Shown: in pieces, positions 1 to 9,688 of the stretch
How the letters are laid out: each line of letters begins with the position of its first letter
Position numbering within the stretch: the first letter of the stretch is position 1
NCBI GenBank assembly: GCA_036339735.1
Contig: JAYZAL010000088.1
Span: forward strand, 64,001 to 128,000
From: Candidatus Poribacteria bacterium
Lineage (GTDB): Bacteria; Poribacteria; WGA-4E; UBA9662
DNA length: 64,000 nt
Direction of reading: 5' to 3'
Translations under genes and position numbers: made by a program
The notes under the pieces: model-generated
Seen by the model: only the letters and a program-made list of their open reading frames with translations
Database searches by the model: none
Told to the model about the DNA's origin: nothing

Positions 1-963
1 TATGTAAGCACCAAAAGCCTGCTCATTATCGTAAGGGAAACGAGGTATACCACGAAACCCAACTATTTTGCCTACCATCAATTCGATCTTGAAAAGAGCA
101 TAAAAAAACCAACAAGAAAAAAGTAAATCAAGCGGTATTAAGAAGGCGATACCAATAGCAAATGGGTAAAAGGCAATCTTTACTCCACCCATCGCATTCC
201 AAGGTCGGGCAGTGAAATAGTGTTGAATAGACTGACGTTTGACCGGTAAATATGGGACTTCAGGGTAAATCGAATTCATCAAATTCAGAATGCTAATTCC
301 TGCTGCTAAACCGAAACCGAACCAAACTATCCTTCGATGAAAAAATCTGGAATCTGGATTTACCATTTCGAGCGGTAACTGAATGATCGGATAAGTTAAC
401 CGCTCTCGTTCAGTCCATTGTAATCTCAACAAAATGTTTAGGCAGAGCATGACAATCATTAACACAAGGATAAAAGCAATCCACCAAACCGCGGGTTTCA
501 GCCATGCATAAATATGATCTTGGGTATAGAGAGTAGAACCTCCTTCGTAATAATGGCGAAGTGCTTTTTCGTCACTGACAGTAAGCCATTCTGGCAGTTG
601 ACGAAGGAATATCTCTCGCCACTCATTTTCTGGTGTGGCGAAACGAAATGGGTGTCCCAAAATCGTGATTAAAATCTCCATCATATCGTGGGAACAGAGA
701 GATGAAACCACACATAGCATCACGTAAATAGTTAAAACTTCGGCTTGTGTTAGAACTAGTAAGGAGGAAAGTTGATTCAAAAACAGACCAATCAAAAGCA
801 ACCAGAAAATTATAAAAATAACATTTGATAATGGGTGAATAAGAGTTGGGTGAGTGTATCGAACGACCTCCAACTGTATCAGCCAAAATACATTAATTGG
901 AATTAAACAGAGAACAATTAGAAAGGATTTGACTGTTAGACCATTCTCGGAAGGTGGATTCAC
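1..963 (-). CDS. DUF6785/DUF6784-like multi-pass membrane protein (putative transporter), 3' end outside window
   Basis: Missing from the ORF track because its stop lies outside the window. Manual translation from GTG at 963 (overlapping the upstream TGA as GTGA) is open to base 1: VNPPSENGLTVKSFLIVLCLIPINVFW...PFRFATPENEWREIF...WTERERLTYP...RPWNAM...YPFAIGIAFLIPLDL. The same motifs occur in 31652..33526 and 43219..45153. Confidence 0.85.
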   Translation of the reverse strand, partial: MNPPSENGLTVKSFLIVLCLIPINVFWLIQLEVVRYTHPTLIHPLSNVIFIIFWLLLIGLFLNQLSSLLVLTQAEVLTIYVMLCVVSSLCSHDMMEILITILGHPFRFATPENEWREIFLRQLPEWLTVSDEKALRHYYEGGSTLYTQDHIYAWLKPAVWWIAFILVLMIVMLCLNILLRLQWTERERLTYPIIQLPLEMVNPDSRFFHRRIVWFGFGLAAGISILNLMNSIYPEVPYLPVKRQSIQHYFTARPWNAMGGVKIAFYPFAIGIAFLIPLDLLFSCWFFYALFKIELMVGKIVGFRGIPRFPYDNEQAFGAYI

Positions 964-2096
964 TGATGAATCCATCCCCGTCCAGATTCGATCTGGACGT
1001 CTGTGTTTAAACCTTCACACAATTTCTGATATTTTTGGAGTGTAGATGTAGCCTGTTGTCCTTCTGAAATCTGAGGTTGGTATTTCACCTTTGGGTTTCC
1101 GACCCAGACAGGAACTAACTCTATATGCTTAAATTGTCGTTTTTGAAAAACAACTTTTGGTATAACAATTTGGCTGTGTTGCTTGTCGTATGTTTCGTAT
1201 ATGAGGTCAGCCAAGCTATAAATTATCGGCTTGCCTTCAAATATTTGGATTCCTTGTAGAGTATGTAGGCGTTGAGATAGAACCAAATCAGCACCTGCAG
1301 AGATTAGTGATTGCGCAAAAAACTGCTGCCTTTGGCTGACGATCTCACTTTTTGATTCTTTTCCCCAATGCATCATCACCACCAACAAGTCAGCTTGATT
1401 CGCCATTTCTTCAGTTCGTTTTATCATGTGAGTATAGAGTGCGCGTGCCACCTTAATCTGTCCATCTTGGCTGAAAGCACCCGCGTGATAGTAAGTAACA
1501 AAGGCAACTTGGACTACTTGACCATTTTTTTGTAGGTTGAACCTGGCAGGTTGTTGTGCTGCATAATCGGAAAGCCCAACACCAATTGTCTTAACTCCCA
1601 TGCGAGTTAAGTGCTGGATAGTATCTTCAACGGCTACTGGACCAAAATCATGCAGGTTGGGGGTTGACAGCGATATCAGGTCCCATCCAGCTTGGGCGAT
1701 AGACGTTGATAGACCAGGTATCGCACGAAAAGACTGTTTTCCTTTCACTTTAGAAAGAGATTGATACTGTGGCTCACCATTTTCAGAGATACTGGTATTA
1801 AGTGTAGCTAACGCAATATCAGCTCCTTGAACCTCGCCCTTAATTAGTTTAAATAGAACATCTAAACCTTGTCGGCGTAGGATAGGAGTTAATCGACTAC
1901 CAACTGTAATATCACCACCAACGAGTATTGAAACTTGATCGTTATTCGGATCAGCTTCAGCTAATCCAGTCAGATTGAACCCAACAATAAGAAAAGTTAT
2001 AGGAAGAATAAATCGACGGAGGCTGACCAATAATGAGGGGATTCGACGACATAGAGACATCGTCGCTTCCAGATTCTGGTGAAAAATTCTTTTCAT
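960..2096 (-). CDS. CapA/PgsA-family (poly-gamma-glutamate synthesis-like) metallophosphoesterase, exported or membrane-anchored
   Basis: Has GGDI, VMMHWGxE, AGADLVL and PIIYSLADL motifs plus an N-terminal hydrophobic segment. Several metal-ligand motifs are degenerate. True start may be downstream. Confidence 0.8.
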   Translation of the reverse strand: MKRIFHQNLEATMSLCRRIPSLLVSLRRFILPITFLIVGFNLTGLAEADPNNDQVSILVGGDITVGSRLTPILRRQGLDVLFKLIKGEVQGADIALATLNTSISENGEPQYQSLSKVKGKQSFRAIPGLSTSIAQAGWDLISLSTPNLHDFGPVAVEDTIQHLTRMGVKTIGVGLSDYAAQQPARFNLQKNGQVVQVAFVTYYHAGAFSQDGQIKVARALYTHMIKRTEEMANQADLLVVMMHWGKESKSEIVSQRQQFFAQSLISAGADLVLSQRLHTLQGIQIFEGKPIIYSLADLIYETYDKQHSQIVIPKVVFQKRQFKHIELVPVWVGNPKVKYQPQISEGQQATSTLQKYQKLCEGLNTDVQIESGRGWIHQ

Positions 2097-2101
2097 CCAG
2101 T

Positions 2102-3175
2102 CTAGGGATAGTTATATAGATTACCGGTTTCTGATGAAGATTCCGTAGAGCTAGGATCGGTCGTACTTGTCTGATCTAGCTCTGGTAACTGGTTAGCCGC
2201 AAATTCATCCAAAATGCAAGAGACAGTTTCTTCTGAGTACGCTTGTGAGTCGATGCTAGTTTGGTTTGCTTCCCAGGCCATCCGAGCAGCAGCTTCGAAA
2301 TACTCAGCATGACGATAGCTATCGAGGATATCAACACCACGGGAGAAAGTACCGTGACCAGTCCAATACACGACATGACGAAATTGATCAGAATTCTTAT
2401 CTGGAAGATCCTTCCCTTGGAATAGTCGTAGACTCTGAAACGACAATTCAGGTATACCTGGAGCTTTCTCCATCACCAATCCAATTCCACCAACGCTATC
2501 GTATATTATCGGTGTCTCTGGTTCATAACCCTTCAAGAAATCATAAAACTTCTCAGGAACACCATGTTCTGATCGAGAAATCAAATTTAGAAACTTAGGT
2601 TGTAGGTGTACCAAAGCATTAAATTCGTAATCCCCGAGCTGATCAAAAACTAACATATAGTGAAAAAACTCACTGGTGGGTTTAGGTAGTTTGTTCCCTG
2701 TTCTTTCGAGTTCTGAAATGGTTGGAGTACCATACCTCATCCGGTAGTGAACACCATCTGATTCCATTTCTAATATTGTTACGTTCAGGGAAGGATGTTC
2801 TAATCCAACCAAGTCTAATCTGCATCCAGACTTAGTCAACAAGACATGACGACCAACTAGGTTATTGACAGTAATCGCAGCAGGTAATCTACCACGTGGA
2901 GATTCTTCGATAGGTAGCAGGTAATCCGACCCGACTATTTCTGTCATTAGAGCCCCCATGTTACCAGCTGACCCCCATAAATATCCATTACGATGGGCAT
3001 GGCTGCCAGCCCAGCCCATCTGCCCGATCAATGTTCCGATCTCGCTATCAACTCCAATGGGAGCCAAAGTCGGTTGGTATCCTCGCTCTAGCCACTTTCG
3101 ATAGCGATAGCTTTGGGCAACAGGAGGGAACTTCTCTTGTGTCAAATAAGGATTGGTTAAACCCGCTGTACTCAT
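2102..3175 (-). CDS. Class II aldolase, rhamnulose-1-phosphate aldolase (RhaD)-like
   Basis: SAGNM, PTSE, VHLQP, YEPET, APG..EL, VYWTGHGTFSRG and EYFEAAA follow the RhaD/class II aldolase layout. Confidence 0.7.
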   Translation of the reverse strand: MSTAGLTNPYLTQEKFPPVAQSYRYRKWLERGYQPTLAPIGVDSEIGTLIGQMGWAGSHAHRNGYLWGSAGNMGALMTEIVGSDYLLPIEESPRGRLPAAITVNNLVGRHVLLTKSGCRLDLVGLEHPSLNVTILEMESDGVHYRMRYGTPTISELERTGNKLPKPTSEFFHYMLVFDQLGDYEFNALVHLQPKFLNLISRSEHGVPEKFYDFLKGYEPETPIIYDSVGGIGLVMEKAPGIPELSFQSLRLFQGKDLPDKNSDQFRHVVYWTGHGTFSRGVDILDSYRHAEYFEAAARMAWEANQTSIDSQAYSEETVSCILDEFAANQLPELDQTSTTDPSSTESSSETGNLYNYP

Positions 3176-3188
3176 CCTACTTTTTTCT

Positions 3189-3476
3189 CTACTTCTTATA
3201 AATGATTTGGCCCTCTATTTCGACCATATCCACGATTGCCATAACTACCGAATCTATCGGTTTCCCACTCGTTGAATCGGTATATCGAGCGGAACTACCC
3301 GCTGCAGTCAAAACCATTTCGCCAATACCAGCTCCCACAGCATCCATTGCAACTGTGTATTGACGTACTAAATGACCGTCTATATCAACTGACTGAACAA
3401 TCATCAATTTGCTACCGATTAGTTTCTCATCTTTCCGAGTGGCAACTAGCGTGCCAACCACCTTTCCCAACGTCAT
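3189..3476 (-). CDS. eutN: EutN/CcmL family bacterial microcompartment vertex protein (BMC-P)
   Basis: MTLGKVVGTLVATRKD...VAMDAVGAGIGEMVL...GSSAR...PIDSVVMAIVD is a canonical EutN/CcmL sequence, 95 aa. Confidence 0.95.
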   Translation of the reverse strand: MTLGKVVGTLVATRKDEKLIGSKLMIVQSVDIDGHLVRQYTVAMDAVGAGIGEMVLTAAGSSARYTDSTSGKPIDSVVMAIVDMVEIEGQIIYKK

Positions 3477-4208
3477 CTAAATGCTCTTTTTTCATTGAAT
3501 AGGCTGTTATGGTAAACTGAAATACAGATCAAAGTCAAGCTTACAATTTGGGTATTCTTCCTCTACATCTTGTTAATCAACATAATTTGATCAGTGGATC
3601 ATAAGAAATCAGAGAAGTAAGAAATTTCTCATCTTATGAAGTAAATATTCCACTGTACATCTCGGGTCAAAAACAATCGAGAATCGCTTCACACAACGTT
3701 ACTTACAAAGTAAATGACGTAAAAATTTTATACTGAAGATATTCAGTTTTTCTTCGCTGACACACAGATTACCTGTATGATTGATACAATTTCGTTATGA
3801 ATTTTTTATCTAACAAAACCAGTATAGCTCTAGCGTCTCTCGTATAATTTAATATCATTGCGTGAGTTTTCAAAAGAGATTAAAAATCTCGGAGCCAATA
3901 GCTCAAATACATTTTGTCAGCTTTTATATTCTGAGAAGAATACGTTCAGGTGTGTAATAAGATAGACAAATTAGGTATTGACAACTATGAATTACACGGT
4001 TCATCGTACTATGCGCAGTTGATCAAATTTTTAGACCTATTTTTCTTAAAGTAGACTGACTTATTGGAATGATTTGAAAACGAACACACCAAAAGAGAAT
4101 AATAATACACAACTAGATAATACTATTTTATTCGTCCGTTGAACCTTGCTAATCCTGTTCGATTTCATATGATTCGATTATATAGAGTTGTCAAAAACTG
4201 ATTCGGTT

Positions 4209-5369
4209 CTAGAAATTAAGCATTATCTGTCGATAAATGTCGACGGCTTGAATTACCTGTTGACATTCCACCCATTCTACTGCCGAATGGGCTTGGTCTA
4301 TACTGCCAGGGCCAAGCACAATCGATGGAATACCACGAATGGTAAATTTGCTTGCATCAGTACCATAAGGCACACCAGTAATAGTTGACTGTCCCAAGAT
4401 ATTTTGACAGGCCCGATGACTAATCTGAACAATTTCCTCATGTTCTTCAGTTTCCATCGCATTATCTAATATGATAGCCTCGACTGTAGCTTCAAATTCT
4501 CTATCTTCATTGGTCATCTGTTCAATTAACTGTTGGAATGGGAATATTGCATCAGATGGTTTCTCTCCGGGTATGGTACGACGGTCGATCTCAATTACAC
4601 ACTGGTCGGGAACAAAGTTGATTTGCGTTCCTCCTGAAATGAGTCCAATGTTCAATGTTGGGCTCCCAACTAGTGGGTGGTCCTGGTCATGATATGTAGG
4701 AAGAATTTGTTCTTCAATTGCCTTAATTATCTTTGTCATTTGAAGAATAGCATTGACTCCTAAATAAGGCTTAGAACTATGGGCAGCGACACCTTGTGCT
4801 CGGATACGGAATCTGGCTAATCCCTTGTGGCTACGAACCACGGATAAATCAGTTGGTTCAGCTACCACCACTGCGGTAACTGATGATTCGTTGGCCAATG
4901 CTAAGGCCCCACCAAACCCATTCTCTTCATCGACAACTCCGGCATATTGTATGGTAGAATTTGGCTTAATTCCCGCAATTTTCAGATCCTTCATGGCCAT
5001 CATCATGGCTGCGCCACCCGCCTTAGTATCACAAGATCCTCTACCATACAAGTTTCCTTTTCGGATATGTGGATCAAAAGGTGGTATATTCATCATTTCA
5101 GCAGATGCTGTATCCATATGACATTCAAAGAGCAAAGTCCGGTCTGAGCGTTTTCCTGGTAAAGTAGCAATCACATTATCTCGGCCAGGGTAAACAGGTT
5201 GTCTTTGGCATGTAATATCTAAATCTGTGAAGAATTTTTCAATGTAGTTAGCTACTTCTACCTCTCCTCTTTGACCACCAGGTAAACCAGGATTGACACT
5301 CTCAATAGATACTAAATCCTGTAATCTAGCCAAAACTTCGTTACTATGTCTGGACCAAGAGTTATTCAT
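4209..5369 (-). CDS. M20 family metallopeptidase, ArgE/DapE-like deacylase
   Basis: HMDT, YGRGSCDTK, DEE, VAEPT, HKG, AHSS, GPGSIDQAH motifs. Confidence 0.9.
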   Translation of the reverse strand: MNNSWSRHSNEVLARLQDLVSIESVNPGLPGGQRGEVEVANYIEKFFTDLDITCQRQPVYPGRDNVIATLPGKRSDRTLLFECHMDTASAEMMNIPPFDPHIRKGNLYGRGSCDTKAGGAAMMMAMKDLKIAGIKPNSTIQYAGVVDEENGFGGALALANESSVTAVVVAEPTDLSVVRSHKGLARFRIRAQGVAAHSSKPYLGVNAILQMTKIIKAIEEQILPTYHDQDHPLVGSPTLNIGLISGGTQINFVPDQCVIEIDRRTIPGEKPSDAIFPFQQLIEQMTNEDREFEATVEAIILDNAMETEEHEEIVQISHRACQNILGQSTITGVPYGTDASKFTIRGIPSIVLGPGSIDQAHSAVEWVECQQVIQAVDIYRQIMLNF

Positions 5370-5751
5370 AAAATTGACCGATTTTTGTTCTTCATCCTTG
5401 TTAGTATTTCAATGAAGGTTAATTCTAGATCTAGATATGTCTGATTTTGGTCTTATTGGTAGCGTCTGTAGTCTAAAGATATTGATAACCAATTCTACGA
5501 AAGAAAAACTGAAAGAGCCACTACCAAGAATCTTATCAAACTATTCATACGAATTTCATTACTGTAAAAAGGTCTACTACAGTCCCCACACTCTGATTAG
5601 GCAAAACCTGTTTCGAAAACCTTATCTCTCTGGCTAGACTTAGATTTGGTTCACCATGTTTCCAAATGTATCTTTTGTTTTTCAATTTCTTCCGGTTGAT
5701 CATTTTATTGTAAACGGAATCGTCAAACAGCCTGAGTTTTTTACAATAATT

Positions 5752-6933
5752 TCACTTGTTAATCATATTTATGATCAAGGTAGTCACGGATATAAAGCTC
5801 AAAACTTGAGACCAATTGACTTGGAACTTTTCTGGTATTTCGACTGTATCTCCAGGAGCAAGCCAAATTTGTCCTGACGACTGATTCCTTAGATCGTACA
5901 CTTCTGATTTACCTTCTTTTCTATAAACTAGGACTTTTCGTCGATTCGCGTATTGATCGATCCCACCAGCTAGAGAAATAGCCTGACGAACCGAAACCTG
6001 CGTTCGATTGCCTTCAGATGTTACCCGTACTAATTGTGGGCCAGGTTGATTAACACGACCTAAAACGTAGATTGGCTCAATTTTGAAGGCATTAGGAATA
6101 TACAGAACATCGTTGGGTAATAAATATACGGAGCCCGATCCATCGTCTGAAAGTGGTAAATCTTGCCAAAATTTTTCGGTAGCAGAGATCGTTTCAATTT
6201 TTCCATTTTGGCGCATAATAATACAATTATGTAGGTCAGCCTTATCATGAATAGGGCCACCGGATTTAGCTAACGCTTGATCAATCCGAATCTGTTGTCT
6301 AAAAAAAACCGGCCCAGGTTTTTGTACTTCCCCTTGAACCTCGGCTCTTTGTAATAAAGGCACATAAACTAGATCACCTGAATGAACTAGGATTTGTTCT
6401 CTATCGTTTTCTGTGAAGTCATGAGAGCTGAGTTTTCCTTTATAGATCAAAATTACCGATTCCAAATCAGAGTTAATTAAAGTACCTCCACCCAAAGCTA
6501 TTGCTCTATACAAGTCAGTTTTTTCTTCTAGTCCGATACTATAACGACCTGGATTTTTTACATTTCCTCCTACGTATATTTCATTCTCTTTTAGAATCGG
6601 AGCAACCATGACTACCGGGTTTGTGAGTAGCCCTAGCTGTATCAGGTGATCTCGAATCAGCAAATCTGCCTTTCCTTGGCCTACGATCATTATATCGCCA
6701 CCGAAATAGCTGACTTTTCCATCTGGCTGTACAGTAACAGTTTGATTGAAATCTGGTGAGTCAACAACCACAATTTGCAATTGGTCATTTGGCTTAATTT
6801 GGTAAGTCAGAGAGTCCGAAAAGCAGTAAATCGGTAGAAGAAAAATGAGAAAGTGAAAAACTGGTAAATTCAACGGTAGAATAGTCGGATTTGAATAGGC
6901 AAGTATTAGTCGATCAAAAAATCTCTGGTACAT
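5752..6933 (-). CDS. Polysaccharide export protein (Poly_export plus three SLBB repeats, Wza-like)
   Basis: YQIKPNDQL...VQPDG poly-export domain, repeated V.G.V..PG and A...GG SLBB motifs, C-terminal amphipathic/hydrophobic helix. Start uncertain. Confidence 0.85.
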   Translation of the reverse strand: MYQRFFDRLILAYSNPTILPLNLPVFHFLIFLLPIYCFSDSLTYQIKPNDQLQIVVVDSPDFNQTVTVQPDGKVSYFGGDIMIVGQGKADLLIRDHLIQLGLLTNPVVMVAPILKENEIYVGGNVKNPGRYSIGLEEKTDLYRAIALGGGTLINSDLESVILIYKGKLSSHDFTENDREQILVHSGDLVYVPLLQRAEVQGEVQKPGPVFFRQQIRIDQALAKSGGPIHDKADLHNCIIMRQNGKIETISATEKFWQDLPLSDDGSGSVYLLPNDVLYIPNAFKIEPIYVLGRVNQPGPQLVRVTSEGNRTQVSVRQAISLAGGIDQYANRRKVLVYRKEGKSEVYDLRNQSSGQIWLAPGDTVEIPEKFQVNWSQVLSFISVTTLIINMINK

Positions 6934-7176
6934 ATGTCGCTAAAACACAGAAAGTCCACAAACGATCTCAGCCAAAATTTTATATTTTTTCCAGCCTAAT
7001 CGAGAGACGATCAATGGTTAATTATCCTCTCATAATCTTTACTATTTTTTTTCAGAAAATTATCTGATTTGAAGTAATTTTTCTAGCGGTTACCAACTCA
7101 TTTAATCCAATCTGATCTTAAGCCTTAGCCCTTTAACTAGCCCTCAATTATAACTGAGATTGACTGTTTGGGCAAT

Positions 7177-8157
7177 TCACTTGGGCCAATTATGACTAAC
7201 CCAACCAATCAATCCGACCAATGTAGCATAAGTTAGAATAATAAGGTGTAAGCTCAAACCGATCGTTAAGGCCGTTTCAAAAGGAATGTGACAAGTAATT
7301 AACGCCCATGTGAAGGGAACTTCTATTGTTCCTAAATTCCCTACCGATTGGATTGGTAATAAGTTACAAAGATTTGTAAATGAAAGTGCAAAAATAATTT
7401 CTGAAATAGAAAGATCACTTGCCATAAGATGAATCAAGTAGACTTGGAAACTGAACCTTACGAATAAGCTAAGTATTGATAATACCCAAATACCTAATTG
7501 TCGCTTCCTGATTTGTGGATTAGTTAATGACGCCCACAGATTATCTAAAACGGGTAAGAACCATCGTGAAACGAGAAAATCCAGTTTGGTATTGATCAGG
7601 AAATTCTCAAGAAAAGATCGTAGAGGAAACATAGGTTTCGAGGCCAAGTTACCTACTATAATTATTATTAAGATGAATACAAAACTGCAAAAAATCGGCA
7701 AATAAAATAAAAAGACATAAGATAAATTCGCAATACCTGCGAAGAAACTGGTGATTGCTAAAATTACTAAAATTAATGATAGATCAATTACACTAGCTAA
7801 AATCAGAGAAATTACACCACTTGAGCTACCAACTGATTCTTCCTTTTTCATCATGTAAAGATAAGAGAGGTCAGCACTTCTGAAGGGTAATATATTAGAA
7901 AGAAAGGTATGAATGGAAAATATAGGAAAGAGAGCCAAAATTGATCTATCTAACCCCAAAATGGCACTAAATCGACCAGCCTTAGTTGCAACAAAAAATA
8001 GGTAGCAGACAAATCCAATAAATAATGAATAAATAGGCAAATTGTTAAGCTGTTTAATTACCTGATCTAGTTCAATTTTAGTTACCAACCAGGCAACAGC
8101 TATCAGCGCAATTCCAATTGCTAAAATGACTTTTAGGTAATGTTGTAGCAATTTCAT
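7177..8157 (-). CDS. Lysylphosphatidylglycerol synthase TM-domain (UPF0104) flippase-like membrane protein
   Basis: About 8 TM helices with NILPFRSAD and LLPIQSVGNLGTIE motifs. Confidence 0.8.
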   Translation of the reverse strand: MKLLQHYLKVILAIGIALIAVAWLVTKIELDQVIKQLNNLPIYSLFIGFVCYLFFVATKAGRFSAILGLDRSILALFPIFSIHTFLSNILPFRSADLSYLYMMKKEESVGSSSGVISLILASVIDLSLILVILAITSFFAGIANLSYVFLFYLPIFCSFVFILIIIIVGNLASKPMFPLRSFLENFLINTKLDFLVSRWFLPVLDNLWASLTNPQIRKRQLGIWVLSILSLFVRFSFQVYLIHLMASDLSISEIIFALSFTNLCNLLPIQSVGNLGTIEVPFTWALITCHIPFETALTIGLSLHLIILTYATLVGLIGWVSHNWPK

Positions 8158-8325
8158 TTTTATTTCTTAGGAAACCAATTTTCTAATTTTAGATCTTTCT
8201 TCCTGAAAATTATAGTTAGGAAACAGCTAAATCGATAATCAATGATACCAAATTAGATTTTTCATCGTTGTATCTGTCGGAGTTGATATCAAAATTAGAT
8301 AAACAACCTAGATGGAGATGATCAA

Positions 8326-8898
8326 ATGCTTTATCTTAACTCACTAGAGAATTCAGCCCTGAGTAATCCAGAGAATCGTTTTGCTATTTGCCGTAAAACG
8401 ACGGAGGACATGCCAACGATTCCAGAACTGGCACCAACAGAACCACTATATACTTTGTGGCAAGATAAATCGATTGCGTGGACAGAGTTCAAGAATCGAT
8501 ACTTGCATGAAATGCGGCAGGAGTTTACAAATAAACTAAGTCAGTTGAAAAGGATTGCTGAATACAGTTTAAAAAACGATCTTACTCTCCACTCTCCGGA
8601 ACCTAATGGCCAAAACACCTATCGATCCTTGTTAGGTGGGATTATCGATGGTATTTGGCAAAAAAACCAACAAACTGGACAAATTATTGATTTGGCGTTA
8701 GCTCCAGCTGTCAAATCTCAACACAGCCCAGAAAACCAGAAAATGATGCGGACCATAGCGGAAAAATGCGACTATTTTTCCGCTATTAAACATTGGTCTG
8801 GTGGTCCTGTTAGCTGCGAAGGATGTTATTATTTGGATCGACAAGTATTGGTTTGCCCGCCAACTAATCAAGTTGTGGTCAACTATCATTGGGTTTAG
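8326..8898 (+). CDS. YeaO/DUF488-like protein with a C-terminal four-Cys extension
   Basis: PELAPTEPL...WTEFKNRYLHEM...LTL resembles the YeaO/DUF488 core. C-terminus has C-x-x-F...CEGC...C. GGAG RBS upstream. Confidence 0.55.
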   Translation: MLYLNSLENSALSNPENRFAICRKTTEDMPTIPELAPTEPLYTLWQDKSIAWTEFKNRYLHEMRQEFTNKLSQLKRIAEYSLKNDLTLHSPEPNGQNTYRSLLGGIIDGIWQKNQQTGQIIDLALAPAVKSQHSPENQKMMRTIAEKCDYFSAIKHWSGGPVSCEGCYYLDRQVLVCPPTNQVVVNYHWV

Positions 8899-9688
8899 TC
8901 GGTCTTTTTGATTTTATCCGATTATTCAAAAAAAATTCAATAATTGATGGAACGAGATGGTCAACGGAATGACCAGATTCTAATCTTTGTCGAATTTCTG
9001 TCGATGAGATCTCAGTATAACAATCCTCGAGTTCCACTAAGTCTACAAAAGGCACAAAATCTGGCCAATTCAACAAAAAACTACTAATGTCTTCTTTGTT
9101 GAAAGTTGATCGATTTGCGACGACTAAACGGCATTGGCCGAACAATTGTTTCAGTGCCTTATTCGGGTCCTTATAATATTTGGAATCAAAAATTCGTACC
9201 AAGGTATCGTAACCAATAATAAAATTATATTCGGTAAACTGAGTTAATTCTTGTTTCAGAGCCTTGATCTTATCAATAAAACGACCATGACTAGACAGCG
9301 CTACAGAATAATTGCTCAAAGGGTCGACATACGCAGCCATCATCCTTAATCGTTCAGACAAAGAGAAACCAAAAACACTTTTGTCAACATTATTCCTAGC
9401 TAATAGGAGAATGATTTCGTCTAGCTGGAATTTTTTATGTGCTAACTTCATCATTTGTTCGTGCGCAATTGTTAGAGGGTTGAAAGATGCGGAAAAGATT
9501 CCTACCTTTTTTAGCTTTATGGTATGATCTCCACTAGCTCTTTTAACCCAACGAATAGTCGGCTCGTCATTTTTGTTGAGAGAATTAACCAAATCCTGTA
9601 AATGTTCCTCTGTGGGTATGGATAAAGACTCGAAAAATGTATTCATGTTTTCACTATCATTAAAATTTAGAATTGTATTGTTTTTCAT
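8879..9688 (-). CDS. nadD: Nicotinate/nicotinamide-nucleotide adenylyltransferase (NadD-like)
   Basis: GIFSASFNPLTIAH (T/HxGH variant), FIIGYD, VVANR, EISSTEIRQR, LVP. Start may be the ATG at 9646. Confidence 0.8.
   Translation of the reverse strand: MKNNTILNFNDSENMNTFFESLSIPTEEHLQDLVNSLNKNDEPTIRWVKRASGDHTIKLKKVGIFSASFNPLTIAHEQMMKLAHKKFQLDEIILLLARNNVDKSVFGFSLSERLRMMAAYVDPLSNYSVALSSHGRFIDKIKALKQELTQFTEYNFIIGYDTLVRIFDSKYYKDPNKALKQLFGQCRLVVANRSTFNKEDISSFLLNWPDFVPFVDLVELEDCYTEISSTEIRQRLESGHSVDHLVPSIIEFFLNNRIKSKRPTKPNDS

Noticed and set aside
623-1045. Track ORFs 623..886 (-) and 854..1045 (+)
   Set aside because: They are shadow frames of the real DUF6785-like CDS (963 to <1) and the CapA-like gene.
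960-2096. Poly-gamma-glutamate capsule locus (CapA plus RimK or GS-like genes)
   Set aside because: There is no capB or capC, and the glutamate-ligase genes are 20 kb away in unrelated contexts.
5437-5637. Intergenic 66-aa ORF (also 28198..28410)
   Set aside because: No clear RBS or motif, and compatible with chance.
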